In this document: piece after piece, positions 1 through 12,300 of the stretch
How the letters are laid out: each line of letters opens with the position of its first letter
Numbering within the stretch: the first letter of the stretch is position 1
Source: Podarcis filfolensis
Taxonomy: Eukaryota
DNA length: 64,000 nucleotides
Reading direction: 5' to 3' (one strand)
NCBI GenBank assembly: GCA_964270895.1
Contig: OZ185436.1
Made by a program: the position numbers and the translations under genes
The notes under the pieces: generated by a model
What the model was told of the DNA's origin: nothing
The model's database searches: none
What the model saw: the letters and a program-made list of their open reading frames with translations, nothing else

Positions 1-260
1 CCCCCCCCCAAAAAAAAACGTTTCTGCTGAAATCACCTGTCTTTTGAAAACTAAAATATATTAATACTGGCTGTTTCTGAGACAGTATATTTTGAGCAAA
101 GCATGTTTAAAGCTATAGCTTTATTCATAAAAGTTAATTCCAGTAGTAAAATGTGAAATATTTAATGATAATGTGGTAACAAGCAATTTGGAACAAATAT
201 GTAAGAAGCTTCATAAATTGGCTACCTCATACAAACTTATATACGAAATTTATTTTCCAG

Positions 261-418
261 GCACGGAAGACCTTTCTAAAGCTTGCATACTGTGACATCT
301 GCCAGAAGTTTTTACTAAATGGATTCCGGTGTCAAACCTGCGGTTATAAATTCCATGAACACTGCAGCACAAAAGTTCCTACCATGTGTGTGGACTGGAG
401 CAACATCCGGCAACTCTT
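261..418 (+). CDS. RAF1: RAF1 exon (equivalent to human exon 5), C1/cysteine-rich domain; gene is 5'-partial in window
   Basis: ttttccag|GCACGG...CTCTT|gtaag; translates [52 protein letters not shown]; 158 nt. Confidence 0.97.
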
Positions 419-569
419 GTAAGAGTTATTTTTAACCTTAAAAAAAATAAAAATGCAGCTATTTTAAAATTAGAATAAATGCACTGGTTCAAACATAAAG
501 GCCTATTGAATTTAGTAAAAATCTGCTTATTTTTTTCTTTTTTGCTCAGCTGCATGCTTTTGATTTCAG

Positions 570-668
570 ATTGTTTCCACACCCAAATGTTGGTGATACT
601 GGTGTCCCTGCGCTACCTCCCTTAACGACTCGGCGAATGCGGGAGTCCGTGTCCAGGATACCTGTTAA
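570..668 (+). CDS. RAF1: RAF1 exon (human exon 6 equivalent)
   Basis: tttcag|A...GTTAA|gtgagt; [32 protein letters not shown]; 99 nt, in frame with neighbours. Confidence 0.95.
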
Positions 669-705
669 GTGAGTTGAACTTTGGTTTTTGTTGTGTTTTG
701 CTATA

Positions 706-949
706 CAGTTGTATCTTGGATCCCGAACACCCTGGAACTTAGACGTTTTGGCTCCTGAATGCTGCAAAGTGAATGTTCCAGTTTGCGAAAGTTCTTTTGG
801 AACCCGAATGTCCGACGGGGCTTCCGCGGCTTCTGATTGGCTGCAGGAGCTTCCTGCAGCCAATCAGAATATGTGATTTGGTTTTCGGACATTTTGGAAG
901 TCAAACGGAATTCCGGAACGGATTCTGTTCAGCGTCCAAGGTACGACTG
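706..949. mobile_element. Tc1/mariner (Tigger-like) MITE, family A
   Basis: TA-flanked imperfect TIRs cagttgtatcttgga...tccaaggtacgactg; related copy at 48187-48414. Confidence 0.75.
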
Positions 950-2011
950 TAATTCAGAATGGTAGTGCTGTAATAGCCTGGGTAGTAATGTGTAAAAGCA
1001 GCTTGGTGTGAATATCTTAGACAAAACTCTCCTTATTGCATGCTAAGCACCAAGGGTTAGTGTTTTACAAGTTAAAATGCTATTAGTATATTAATATTTA
1101 GTTATCTATTTTTTAAATAGGGCCTATCCACATACATTTATGGTTTGGCTGTCCTGTGTGTCGTGTAGTTAGACCCCTCCCTTACTTCCTGGTCTCTGCA
1201 TGGCATAGTTGGCTGTAGCAAGCAGATTAGCAAACTGTGTTTCATGTGGTCCTCCTCTAAAGGAGAACTGGAAGACCATTTCAAGCAAAGGTCTTAAATC
1301 TGGGTTTGGAGAGCCAGGGCAAACCAAACCAAAGTTTTCTTGAACCCAGGATTCAGACAGGGAGCTGGATAGTGTGAAGGCAGGACAGGGTGTGCTTGGA
1401 CTTAACAACCAAAACCATTCCATAGTTGGGAAACATTCATCCAATAGGTTTATTCAATGATAGCTAATTCTTTCCTATAATCATCCTCACATCTGAAGGC
1501 AAGCTAAGTGCCTGCTTATGGGATGGACAACATTATGCGGAGACTTTGCGAAGCCTCCTCACTTTGCAACTGCATTCTTAGTAGTAATTTGGAATGGCAC
1601 TTAATGATGGCAAATTGGACAAAATTTAACAAAATGATCTGGTTTGATATTTTGGTTTAGAGATAGCTCTTAAACCGCAGTTTCTCAGTTTGGATGCATG
1701 GGAAATCATTGTTTTAAGAAGCCAGGAAAGCTTTGCCAAAGTCAGGCGCAGAAGTGGGAGCAAATGACTGGAGGGATGAGATGGGAGAGTGTGGGCACAT
1801 ACATGCCTGGTTCCCAGTCCTTTTAACTCTGGTTTGTTCAACTGAGATAGTTACATCTGAACCAGACTAATCTGATCATATATTAATTTTATTTCAAGAG
1901 AAGTAGACTCTACAGCAGTGATATCTACTAGAGAACAACTTTTCTGATGCTCAACAATGAATCACCATTTCCTAGTAGCAGAAATGAAAAATGTTTGTTT
2001 CCATCCTTTAG

Positions 2012-2165
2012 TTCTCAACACAGATATTCTACACCTCATGCCTTCACATTCAGCACATCAAATCCATCTCCCGAGGGGTCCCTTTCTCAAAGACAGAGAT
2101 CTACATCAACACCAAATGTCCACATGGTCAGCACAACTATGCCCGTGGATAACCGAATAATTGAG
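2012..2165 (+). CDS. RAF1: RAF1 exon (human exon 7 equivalent), CR2 with 14-3-3 site RSTSTP
   Basis: cctttag|T...GAG|gtatt; [51 protein letters not shown]; 154 nt. Confidence 0.97.
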
Positions 2166-4576
2166 GTATTCCTATTTCTGAGTATTTAGCCAGTTGTTTC
2201 TGAATTGCATATTGGTTTAATACTTACTGCAGGTTATAATGGCCGCATTCCTGTTTTCATAGAACAGTTTGCCAAACCGCAGTTCTCAGCTGATTTTCTA
2301 ACTCCCCATAGTTTGTTACCAATTCTTTACTATGATTTGAAGGATCAGAGAACAGGATGCTTATAGCCAATATGTGACCAACTTAGTGACATTTCATTAT
2401 TTCTGTTGCTATCACCTTTACTAATCAGTTAATATTTCCATAGAAGTATGGCCTGTGCAAACTTAATCTAGTTAAAACAAAGAGTTTCTGTGCTACGAAA
2501 TATAACAATTTACAGTATCTCACTGAATAGAACAAAAGATCCACTCACATCTCCTTAAACAGATTTCTTTTTAATATCAAGATCTTGAGGGTTCAGTTGT
2601 GTGCAGCCCCCCCCCCTTATAACAGTAATTTTCATTTGGCTTTTTATATTGCTTTTCTTCTCCTACTACAGAGACAGCATAGCAAGATAGTAGGTGACAG
2701 CGTGACGAATATGTTCTTGATAGCTTTTAGCACAGATTAGGTGTTGTAAGTAGTGATGGATAAACTCACTCAAATTCTGTTTGGAATGATATCAAACAAT
2801 TTAGTTTGGGTCAGAGTCAAACTTAACCCCAAATCAAGCTATGCTTTATCCTCAGTTTAAGGCTCCATCCCTCTTCCAGTGTGACAATCCTGAGGCACCT
2901 CCTCTGCCTCTTACCTCCTTCCTCAAAATTTATTTCGTCATCCTAGTAAGTTCCATGAATCCTTGTGCCGGGGATGCTTCCATGGCAGCGCTAAAATTCT
3001 AATGGGGGCACTAAAGTGAGACTTTCCTGCCCCAGCTTGCTGGTAAATCAGAATAGAAAAGAAAGTGGCAGTTTCTTACAAGGGATGGTGTTAGGCTAAG
3101 CCCTTTAAGATCTGGACCCAAACTTGTAATGGGCTTGGGGGTTCCTGAGCTGGGAAACACCATTACTGAACGTCCCCTACCCCTGTTTTTGAACTTTGGA
3201 GCTTATCACTAGTTTAAAGACAAAAATCACTTGGTAGAGCCATTAAAGCTTTGATGGTAAAGTTCTTTTCCAGGAATTTTTAGAGAGCCACCCTACAGTA
3301 TTGGAATTCCCTTATTGGTCCAGCTGGCTTTCAGTGTGCCAGAAAGCAAACACCATTTTGCAGCTGAAGTTTTGTAATGTGGTAACACTCTTTTTATCAG
3401 GGATGTGTATCCCATGATTGCACAGTTGTGTGATATCTCAGAATGTGGCTCAGAGTACCCTTCACCGGTGTATGGTCCTCCAGATGTTGTTTGACTACAG
3501 CTCTCATAATCCCCAGCTACTGTGACCGTTTAGAGGGCAAGGCTGGTTTAGGACATGAAATTCAGCAAGTGCTGAGTTTAAGACTACAGATACTGACTGA
3601 GTGAGTCGGAATGGTGAGAAGCTGAGCAAGGGAAGGATTTGAGTGCTTATGATAGCTTTTGACCTTTCTCATTGATAGTAGAAGAAATTGTGCAAAGTAA
3701 GACGGGTATATGCAACTTTGATTTATATATGCAAATATAGTTTTATTTGTATAAAATTTGTTACCTAGCTGCAGAATTCTGGTGTTCATTGCCTCATCTA
3801 TAAGAATCATGAAATCTGTAGCCCCTAGTTTTCTGTTCTCCCACTTTAATTTATTGGATGTTTTGATAGGATGAGTGGGATGAACTTTATTTTGGGTTCC
3901 CAATTATTCTTATGTAAATGCTTACCTTTTAGGATGGTTTAGGTTTTTGAAAGTAGCAATACCTTTAGTATCTCAAGCCAGGCTAGGAAATCTTCCCTGG
4001 AATTGTGTTTTGAGTTGGAGAGGAGAAAACCATGGTTGTTGTTGTTGTTGCATCTCAGGCTCCTGAGTCCTAGAGTTCTCTCTTTGGATTTTACCCTAGA
4101 ATAGTGAACCCTTTGTATAAAATGGCATCTAGCGTCTTGTTGAATTGCAGATCTGTTTGATTAGATTATCTCTGCTTGGATCAGTATCGGGTATAATCAG
4201 ATTCTCTATACATCTGCCTTGTAGAGATTAAAATCTCATAGCCCCTCTTGAACTGTTCTTTTCTTGTGAGTCTACTTATGGCAGAACTGGAATACTATCA
4301 AGTTTTGAAAATGCGGAGAGATGATTTAGAAAACTTTCCCTGGAGCATATTTCATGGTTGGTGGAATGTCTGCCTGCCTAACCTTAAGAGTACTCTTGCA
4401 TCAGTTTTAATCTGCAGTTCTTATATAAAATAACATTCACATAGCTAATGTGTTAACTCTCTTTTCTTTCAAGTTGTCTTCTTTCCTTGTTGTTACTACT
4501 TTCCTTTTTAGCAGCTGAAAACTATTTTTTTACTACTTCCTCTGTTCTTTTCTTATTTCTCATTGCTTTGAATTAG

Positions 4577-4636
4577 AATAACAGCCTGAATGCTTCTCCC
4601 AGGTCCTGGTGCAGACGATTCTGTTTAAGGGGAAGA
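4577..4636 (+). CDS. RAF1: RAF1 alternative 60-nt cassette exon ('exon 7a'), NNSLNASPRSWCRRFCLRGR
   Basis: gaattag|AATAAC...GGAAGA|gtaggt; 60 nt, phase 0/0, no stop; resembles the 20-aa insert of the long RAF1/c-mil isoform as recalled. Confidence 0.88.
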
Positions 4637-6436
4637 GTAGGTATTATCTGGATGCCTTTGTTTTCTTCAGTTAACAGGATTGCTAAGAGAGTTGGCCAAA
4701 TTAGTGTGAGTTAAATAACTGTAGCTTAACAGTTGCATTTGGAAAGACCAGTGTGGCATGTTTGTTTAGTTCTAGTACTAAAACCCAGAGTTTGTAATAC
4801 AAAGTAGAATTTGCACTACACAGATGAAGCTTTCAGTGGTACAGAGCAAAATCCATAGCTTCTGGAGTAAACCTGTTCCTTTTAGCATTGCCCTCATGGA
4901 TGTGGTTGTATGTTAAAATGGTAAGTGGGCATGCTGGTTGAATATTTTTATTATAAAAAACCCCAGAAATGTCATTCTTTAAACTGCTTTTTAGGGTTGG
5001 TGGATTATAGTGTGCTCTCAACAAGAAGCTACACAGACATCTGAATAATTTAGCTTTATATAAAGCAGGCATTCAATAAATGAAGGCTTGTGATTATAGA
5101 AGAAGGCACAGAAGCAGTACTTCAAAAATACTTTGCCTGGTGGAGATGAGTACTTTATTTAAGTTGAAATTGGGGGATGAGGGAACACCCGGCCTTGAAA
5201 TGCAGTGAATATTTTCTTCTTCTTAGAAATTCAGGATTTGGAGTGTGTGTTTTTTAAACAGAGGACAGCCTGTGCCTTTGTGGCCACATCCAAGCCACAG
5301 CAAGTGAATGAAAGTTCCTGTAAAGTCCACATTTTAGCTTAACTGGCAGGGATCCAAAGGCCTATGTGCCGAATACCCCTGTGTGGGGATTTCCCCATCC
5401 TTCTCCCTTCCTGCTGAAGCCACTTGTGTCTCTGTAGAGCTGCTTCTGAAGGTCGGGAGACCCGTTGGAGCAGGATTTTATGTGGCAAAAGGAAATGCAA
5501 GCAGAACGCACCACCCCACTTCTCTTGCATGAGCACACACAATTCTTGGGATTCCAGGAACTGTTCCCAATTGCCCATTTCCAAATGAACCTCCTTAGAA
5601 TGAAAGGTGATGAGCAATTCTCACTGAGCTATACTTCTACAGTTGGTTTTATTCAGTGTTTCATCTTGCCCAGCGTGTTTTCTGTCTTGACTAGAAATCT
5701 GTCTGAATCCTCATTATTTTTATTTTGTTGAACGTGCTTACACACTACTTTTCCTTCAAAGAGCTCTGAGTAGCTCAGTTTGACTTCTAGACAGTTCACA
5801 GGGTGAGACCAGTTTAGTTTTGGCAGAAAAACTGCATTCTGGCTATTTTCTCACCTTTCTTTTGACCTTGCATTTTGCTTTGTGTCTTTCTATCCACTAT
5901 ACAAACTGTGCATTGGATAATGCTGGACAAATGGGAACCATTCTAAAATTGCCTTATATCAGAGCTGTGCATGTTTACACAGGGTAGCATGTGTGGCATG
6001 AACTGAGAGAAGGAGAAACAAGCTCAGCTGCAGCAGTGGTACAGTGGAGGCCGTGTGGATTTCCACTTTTACAGATTCAATTCATCGTTATGTTTAAATA
6101 TGACCAGATGGAACTGGACTTGGTCTATATGTAGTAGGTTATGCAAAATACATGTTACACCACTAACTTGATTGGTTAATGGTGGCCTTTCATGAAACGT
6201 TAACTTGAATGCTCCTATGAATACTTCAACAATTAATTCGACAACTTCATTTTAAAAGCTAAGCATACTTAAGTTTCCTTGCATTTTAAATGGCCAACAT
6301 CTCCAAATGTTGTGGTGGTTTGGTGTCTACAATTAAAGCTGCTGAGTCAGTTTCTCATTAGTGAGAAATTTTCTGCTCTATTCTGCCTTCCAGAGCAATT
6401 ATGCTGAAGTGTTGATACCTGTTCTTTTTGTTTCAG

Positions 6437-6464
6437 GATGCAATACGTAGTCACAGTGAATCTG
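6437..6464 (+). CDS. RAF1: RAF1 28-nt exon (human exon 8 equivalent)
   Basis: tttcag|GATGCAATACGTAGTCACAGTGAATCTG|gtgagt; DAIRSHSES. Confidence 0.95.
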
Positions 6465-6895
6465 GTGAGTGTTTCACTTAATAATATGTGGGATACTGGG
6501 AGGGCCACTTGGGAAGCTGCTTTATGTTGATTCAGACCATCTAGCTTAATGTTGTCTTCTCTGACTGGCAGCTGCTTTCCAGAGTTCCATCAAGAGGTCT
6601 TTCCCAGTCCTACCTGGAGATGCCAGGGGTTGAACTTGGAACCTTCTGCAGGGAAAGCTTATGCTCGGCCACTGAATTATGATGATTCATATTATGAACG
6701 TTTCTACATTAAAAAGTGCTTCCAAGTTAGAATTAGCATGCTGCTGGAGCACAGAACATCATTTGTGCAGTAAAACACACTTAGGCTTTGCACAATGTGG
6801 TGTCGTACCAGTTCCGCCGTGTTTTTCTTGCTTCTGATATGGGGGTTGTCTAATGTTAGTAAGCGTCTCTTTCATCTTTCTTCAAACATGTGAAG

Positions 6896-7020
6896 CATCA
6901 CCCTCAGCTGTATCCGGAAGCCCCAACAATACAAGTCCAACAGGATGGTCCCAGCCTAAAACACCAGTTCCAGCCCCAAGAGAGAGAGCTGCAGGATGTA
7001 ATTCACAAGAAAAAAAAATC
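6896..7020 (+). CDS. RAF1: RAF1 exon (human exon 9 equivalent)
   Basis: gtgaag|CATCA...ATC|gtatgt; [42 protein letters not shown]; 125 nt. Confidence 0.93.
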
Positions 7021-7270
7021 GTATGTATCAGAGTATTTACAGCCGGAAGATACTCAGAGTATACAATGTGATTTTCAAATTTATTAAAGCTTGCAGCTGG
7101 ATGTGTCGCTATGATTTGCATGTATTCTGTGTCATACTCTTTATGTTGCTGCCATAGCTGAATAGTGTGTGAGCTTCTAAAATAAGTCCAAGTGTTTGTC
7201 AATGTTATTTTACATTCTTCACTAATGCTTTCACCCTGATTCTAAAAACAAACACAGTGCAACTCTCCGG

Positions 7271-7408
7271 CAGGGGTGGCCTAACCAGTGGGCCTTCTCA
7301 GATGTTGCTAGACTACAATTTCCTTCATCTGTGACCATTGGGCGTGCCAGCTAAGGCTGATGGGAGTTGTGGTCTAGCAACATGGAGGGCCATGGGTTCG
7401 CCATCCTT
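7271..7408. mobile_element. hAT-like palindromic MITE (degenerate)
   Basis: caggggtggc start, agactacaatttcc...gggagttgtggtct inner inverted repeat; same family as 35802-35938. Confidence 0.55.
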
Positions 7409-7927
7409 AGTCTCCAATTTGCAATAGCACCTGCCTCCATATTACTCTGCTCAGTATCATAATACAGCACCTAGATCTTTACATCAGGCCCTTGAACCAG
7501 TAAAAAATTACAATTTCTGACTTTGTGTTGTTACAGCTGATAAGCTCTTATCTACTGGCACAGGAAGTATTAGAAACAGCCTGTTAGCATGGAGATGAGA
7601 ATAGACCACATTTGTATAAGAGGGAAATCTGATTGTCATTAAATAGAAAAAAAAGTTATTGGGAGTGATGTTACGGCATAGATTATTTTCCAGCTGTACA
7701 ACAGATTTAGAAATATACAGATGCCCATTCAGTCCTTAGTTTGCTTAAACATATTTCCTGTTGACATTTTGTTAAGTCTACATTATAACTGTGTATGTAC
7801 TGCGTAGTCAGATCTAGATTATTTCCAAATATCATTAATCATACTTGCGGCAAGCTTTAATCTGAACCTGTGAAACTTGGTTTCCAGGCCATGCTGTCTG
7901 TATTGTAAATATTTACTTGCTTTCCAG

Positions 7928-8045
7928 AGATCTCGTGGACAGAGAGATTCAAATTATTATTGGGAAATAGAAGCAAGTGAAGTTATGCTCTCTACCAGAG
8001 TAGGGTCAGGCTCTTTTGGGACTGTTTACAAAGGCAAATGGCATG
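7928..8045 (+). CDS. RAF1: RAF1 exon (human exon 10 equivalent): N-region and Gly-rich loop
   Basis: tttccag|AGA...CATG|gtaag; [40 protein letters not shown]; 118 nt. Confidence 0.98.
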
Positions 8046-8329
8046 GTAAGTATCAAGTATTCCTACCACTCTTGGAAAATGTCAATATTAAAATTGCTTA
8101 ACATAGTAAAAAATATATACATTTGGCCATGTGTACAGGTTTAATATTTTTGATTCATAGATATCTGATAAGAACTGATCCCATAATTATGTATGGGGCA
8201 GAGAACCCTTCATTCCAACTTTGGAACTGGGGAGGTGATGGGAATTGCTGCTCAGCTGCAGGAACAATCCCCTCTCTCCTCTACGGTTTCGTTTTTCCAT
8301 TTTTATTTTTTGAAATATTGTCTCTGTCA

Positions 8330-8580
8330 TTTTATTTATTTTTTTCAAGTGTTTATTGATTTTTGTTACGTACAAAAACATGTAGACACCAAAAAAAAAG
8401 CAGGTAGGTAAAACAAATGTAAAGAAAAAAAAGATACTTTATAGAGTTGCAGAATGAAATAACAGCAACCCAGTACACCAAATTACAATGATGCTCATTC
8501 AGTTTCAAAATTTGGAGAAAGGCTGGCCATATGTCCTGCTCATCAGGAGGTGGCATTGCACACGCCATGCTGAGCAAACT
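8330..8580 (-). mobile_element. Degraded L1/Tx1-like LINE 3' fragment
   Basis: T-rich tail on the left, then a segment reading as a WxxF-type ORF2 C-terminus on the minus strand; boundaries approximate. Confidence 0.35.
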
Positions 8581-9111
8581 TTAGCAGCCACATTTCATCA
8601 TCTTTTCCATTATCATGTTTACAACAAATTATAAACAGCTCTTCCATTATTCTTATAAGGTGCGTTTGCATCGGTGGAAGGGAAGTGGGTATTTGGAAAT
8701 AGTGGCCAAGATTCAAAGAACTACTTAGTGTACTCAAATGCTTGGTCCTGCCTTGTGGGGTATTGTATATTTTCCCTTTGAGCCAGACCTCTGTGCCTCA
8801 GTGTAACCCTTTAGAGAGTTCCCTGGTTTACCATGTGATAATCAGGATGGGTGTGGGTGCCTACTGTTTATTAAACACTGTGACCCAGATTCAGCCGAAC
8901 AGTTGCACCTAGTGAGAACTTGCGCAATGAGTCCTGCTACCACAATGGGTCTTTTCCATCCTCCTCCCCCTAAATGCCCCTATTGGGGCATTGGCTCTGG
9001 GGTTTAGGAAGAACTCCAGAATAATGTGCGGGGGAAGGAGAAAGGCAGATTGTTTGTGTGGCAAGCAGAAATGCTGGTGCTGACAGAATGTTCGTAATAG
9101 TACTACGGTGA

Positions 9112-9420
<309 letters not shown>

Positions 9421-10606
9421 TAAGCCAACATGGTGACTTTAAAATGCTTGTCTAGTACTTTTATTAAGTTGACTGTTGTCTAAAGTGGTTGGATGCACAG
9501 GCTCATTGTGTTTTCAGTAGAACTCTTTATTGTGTGAGGTTATCGCAAGGATAGTAAACTAAACAGAACTGGAAGATTTACCAGACTCTCATGCTGCTGC
9601 CTCCAAATTGTAGACTGTCCTGAGGCAGGGATATTCAGTTTGTTAGCTTACAATTGCTTGTTGGCTGGAACTGTGATCAATAGTTGTCAAGGCCGCCCCT
9701 ACCATTACGCAACATAAGCCAACTGCCTCAGGTAGCAGATGTTGAGGGGCAGCCGCCGCCTCTTGGCTATTCCTCCTATGCTCCCCACCCCCCAATCATT
9801 CCAATCTTTTGGAGGGCAAGTCTATGTATTCTTCATGGCATGTCCTGACCACTCTAAAAAGTAGCCTTCTGACTCAAGTGCAGTGGAGGATGCTATCATT
9901 TTACCAGTTTGGAGAAAGAGCCCGTTGTCAGCCCAGTCAGCTTCTGTGTATGGAATGTGAAGGGAGTGCCATCTTGTCCTTTACCTCAGACAGCAAACTG
10001 TTTTGGGTCAGTCCTGCTTGTTAGTCCTCAAAGCTATTCACTGGGCAACAGACTGGGGTAGAAGTGTGCACAAAGCACTCCTTTGCATGCAAAGGGAAGG
10101 ATTTGCTGATTTACATCCCCGCCCCGATCCCCTTTCTGGCAGCAGCTTCTTGTGTCTCATGCCACACTAGAGGATATGCCAGCCTTCAGAACAGTGTTCC
10201 AGGGGGTTCTGCCTGACTAGCTGAAGAGGGACAGCAACCCCCCCCCAACAAGCACATACACTGTTTATATTCACCTTCAGATCCAAGCAGGAAAGACTGC
10301 ATCACCAAAATTCAAAGAGCCACATATGCACAGGGAAATTCAGGTTCATTCATTATTCTGTCATTAGTAAAAGACGTTTATTTCTATGAATAGACGTTTC
10401 TCTTTCTCTGTTAAATTTACATCTCCCTGTAAAACCTTTGCTATGGAGAAAAGCAGTTGAGCTTTCAGCTTGGGTTCAGAGGTACTAGTTTTTCGGAAAG
10501 CTTTGGATCAGAAGAAAAATCCACTCCCCTAAATCAATGGAGTTCTAAATTTCACATGTTTACTTAATTTACAAAGCTAAACATACACTCCATGTTCATG
10601 TGTTGA

Positions 10607-10804
<198 letters not shown>

Positions 10805-11181
10805 TGAGTAATCTGGACTGAATCATTGTAGCTATGGAAGTGGTGTTGACTGCTCCAAAGACGAAATAGTGCTAGAGAAAATCACGGTAGTGCTGTCTTG
10901 GGTCCAGGCAGATCTTGATAGTGCCTGTAAAACTTGAAATATAAAAACACCGGGCAGTCTTCCAGAGAAAATAGAGATTACAAAGATGTTTTCTTGATAT
11001 ACAAAAATAGCACTGTCTGATTCTAAATTGATAAAATGAAAGCTTTCTAGCTACAGTAGATAACTACTGAGGAAATGATAATCTTCTTTGTGTTTGATTA
11101 AGGATGTAGTTTGTTTCTTTGTAACTTTACTTTTGACATGTAAATATGTTGACATTTTCATGTCTCAAATTTTGTTTACAG

Positions 11182-11228
11182 CTACTTACATGCGAAGAAT
11201 ATAATACACAGAGATATGAAATCAAATA
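11182..11228 (+). CDS. RAF1: RAF1 exon (human exon 13 equivalent), HRD motif
   Basis: tttacag|C...AATA|gtatcctttt; YLHAKNIIHRDMKSN; 47 nt. Confidence 0.97.
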
Positions 11229-11943
11229 GTATCCTTTTCTTACTGGGTGGAATTCTGATGGCCTGCCATCAGTAGATCAATATGGAACACGGGGCATAGT
11301 ATTTATAGTTTGTTCTGGTGATTAAGTGATATGAAGACCTGTTAGTTAATGGCAATATTGAAGGTTATTTCTGCATTCGTCAGCTCTCTTTCATTTGCAG
11401 ATCTGAGTTGAAAACTGGGGCTGTTTTCAAGATCTCTAAATTCATAACACATAATTTTATTTTACTGTTTAAAAAACAAACCTTACAATGTATGGTCTGC
11501 ATTCTTTACAGGTCCTGTCTCTGGAAAACTCAATGTCCTTTGGAGCTTTCAGTGGATAGTACCCTATAAAGTGCAGCTGATACATGGAAACTTAATTAAA
11601 AGAAACCCTTTTAGCTATAGATGGAAGTTCAGTTCTGAGAGTAATAAAAATCTGGGGAGTGGGGAAGGTGTGGGAGAAGAAAGGATGTACTTAGGTAGGG
11701 TCTGGCACCTTACCACTTCCTTTTAATACCGAATATTTTACAATATATTTAAAAACTTGGTAGGTCACTGTGAGAACAAGGTGATGGACTAGATAAGCCA
11801 TTGGTCTGATCCATCTTGTGTTCTTAAAACACATTCATTAAAAGCTAGTGTAGAATATCTTCTGGAAACAGGCCTGGATGCAAGGATGACTGTGTTTGGT
11901 AACTGAAGTGACTGTCCATGTGTGTTCCTTAAGAGTTATGTAG
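11229..11943 (+). other. U12-type (minor spliceosome) GT-AG intron
   Basis: 5' site GTATCCTTTT; branch-site-like TTCCTTAAG at 11925-11933, 8 nt before AG; no polypyrimidine tract. Confidence 0.9.
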
Positions 11944-12062
11944 ATATATTTCTTCATGAAGACCGCACAGTAAAGATTGGAGACTTTGGGCTGGCAACAG
12001 TCAAATCTAGGTGGAGTGGTTCCCAACAGGTAGAACAACCTACTGGATCCGTTCTCTGGATG
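11944..12062 (+). CDS. RAF1: RAF1 exon (human exon 14 equivalent), DFG and activation segment
   Basis: atgtag|AT...ATG|gtaagt; [40 protein letters not shown]; 119 nt. Confidence 0.98.
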
Positions 12063-12179
12063 GTAAGTGACTTACAACGGAGCTGTTGCTTGTAGTTGGT
12101 CTGTCATTAAAGTTATTCCTTTTAACTTTTGTTTTTAATGTGCAGTATATGACAAAAACATGTTTCTTATCCTTTAATC

Positions 12180-12300
12180 CAGGGGTGGGGAACCTTTGGA
12201 TTGCTTTTGGGCTACAGTTTCCATTAACCCTGACTGCTGGCCAGGGATGAGGACAGTGGAATGCAGCAATATCTAGAGAGCCAAAAGTTCCTCATCCTTG
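12180..12300. mobile_element. hAT-like palindromic MITE (degenerate)
   Basis: caggggtggggaacctttgg...ccaaaagttcctcatccttg terminal inverted repeats. Confidence 0.6.

Noticed and set aside
546-904. Overlapping 62-105 aa ORFs
   Set aside because: They run across or antisense to a RAF1 exon and a MITE; similarity to ORFs at 48041-48463 is explained by the shared MITE.
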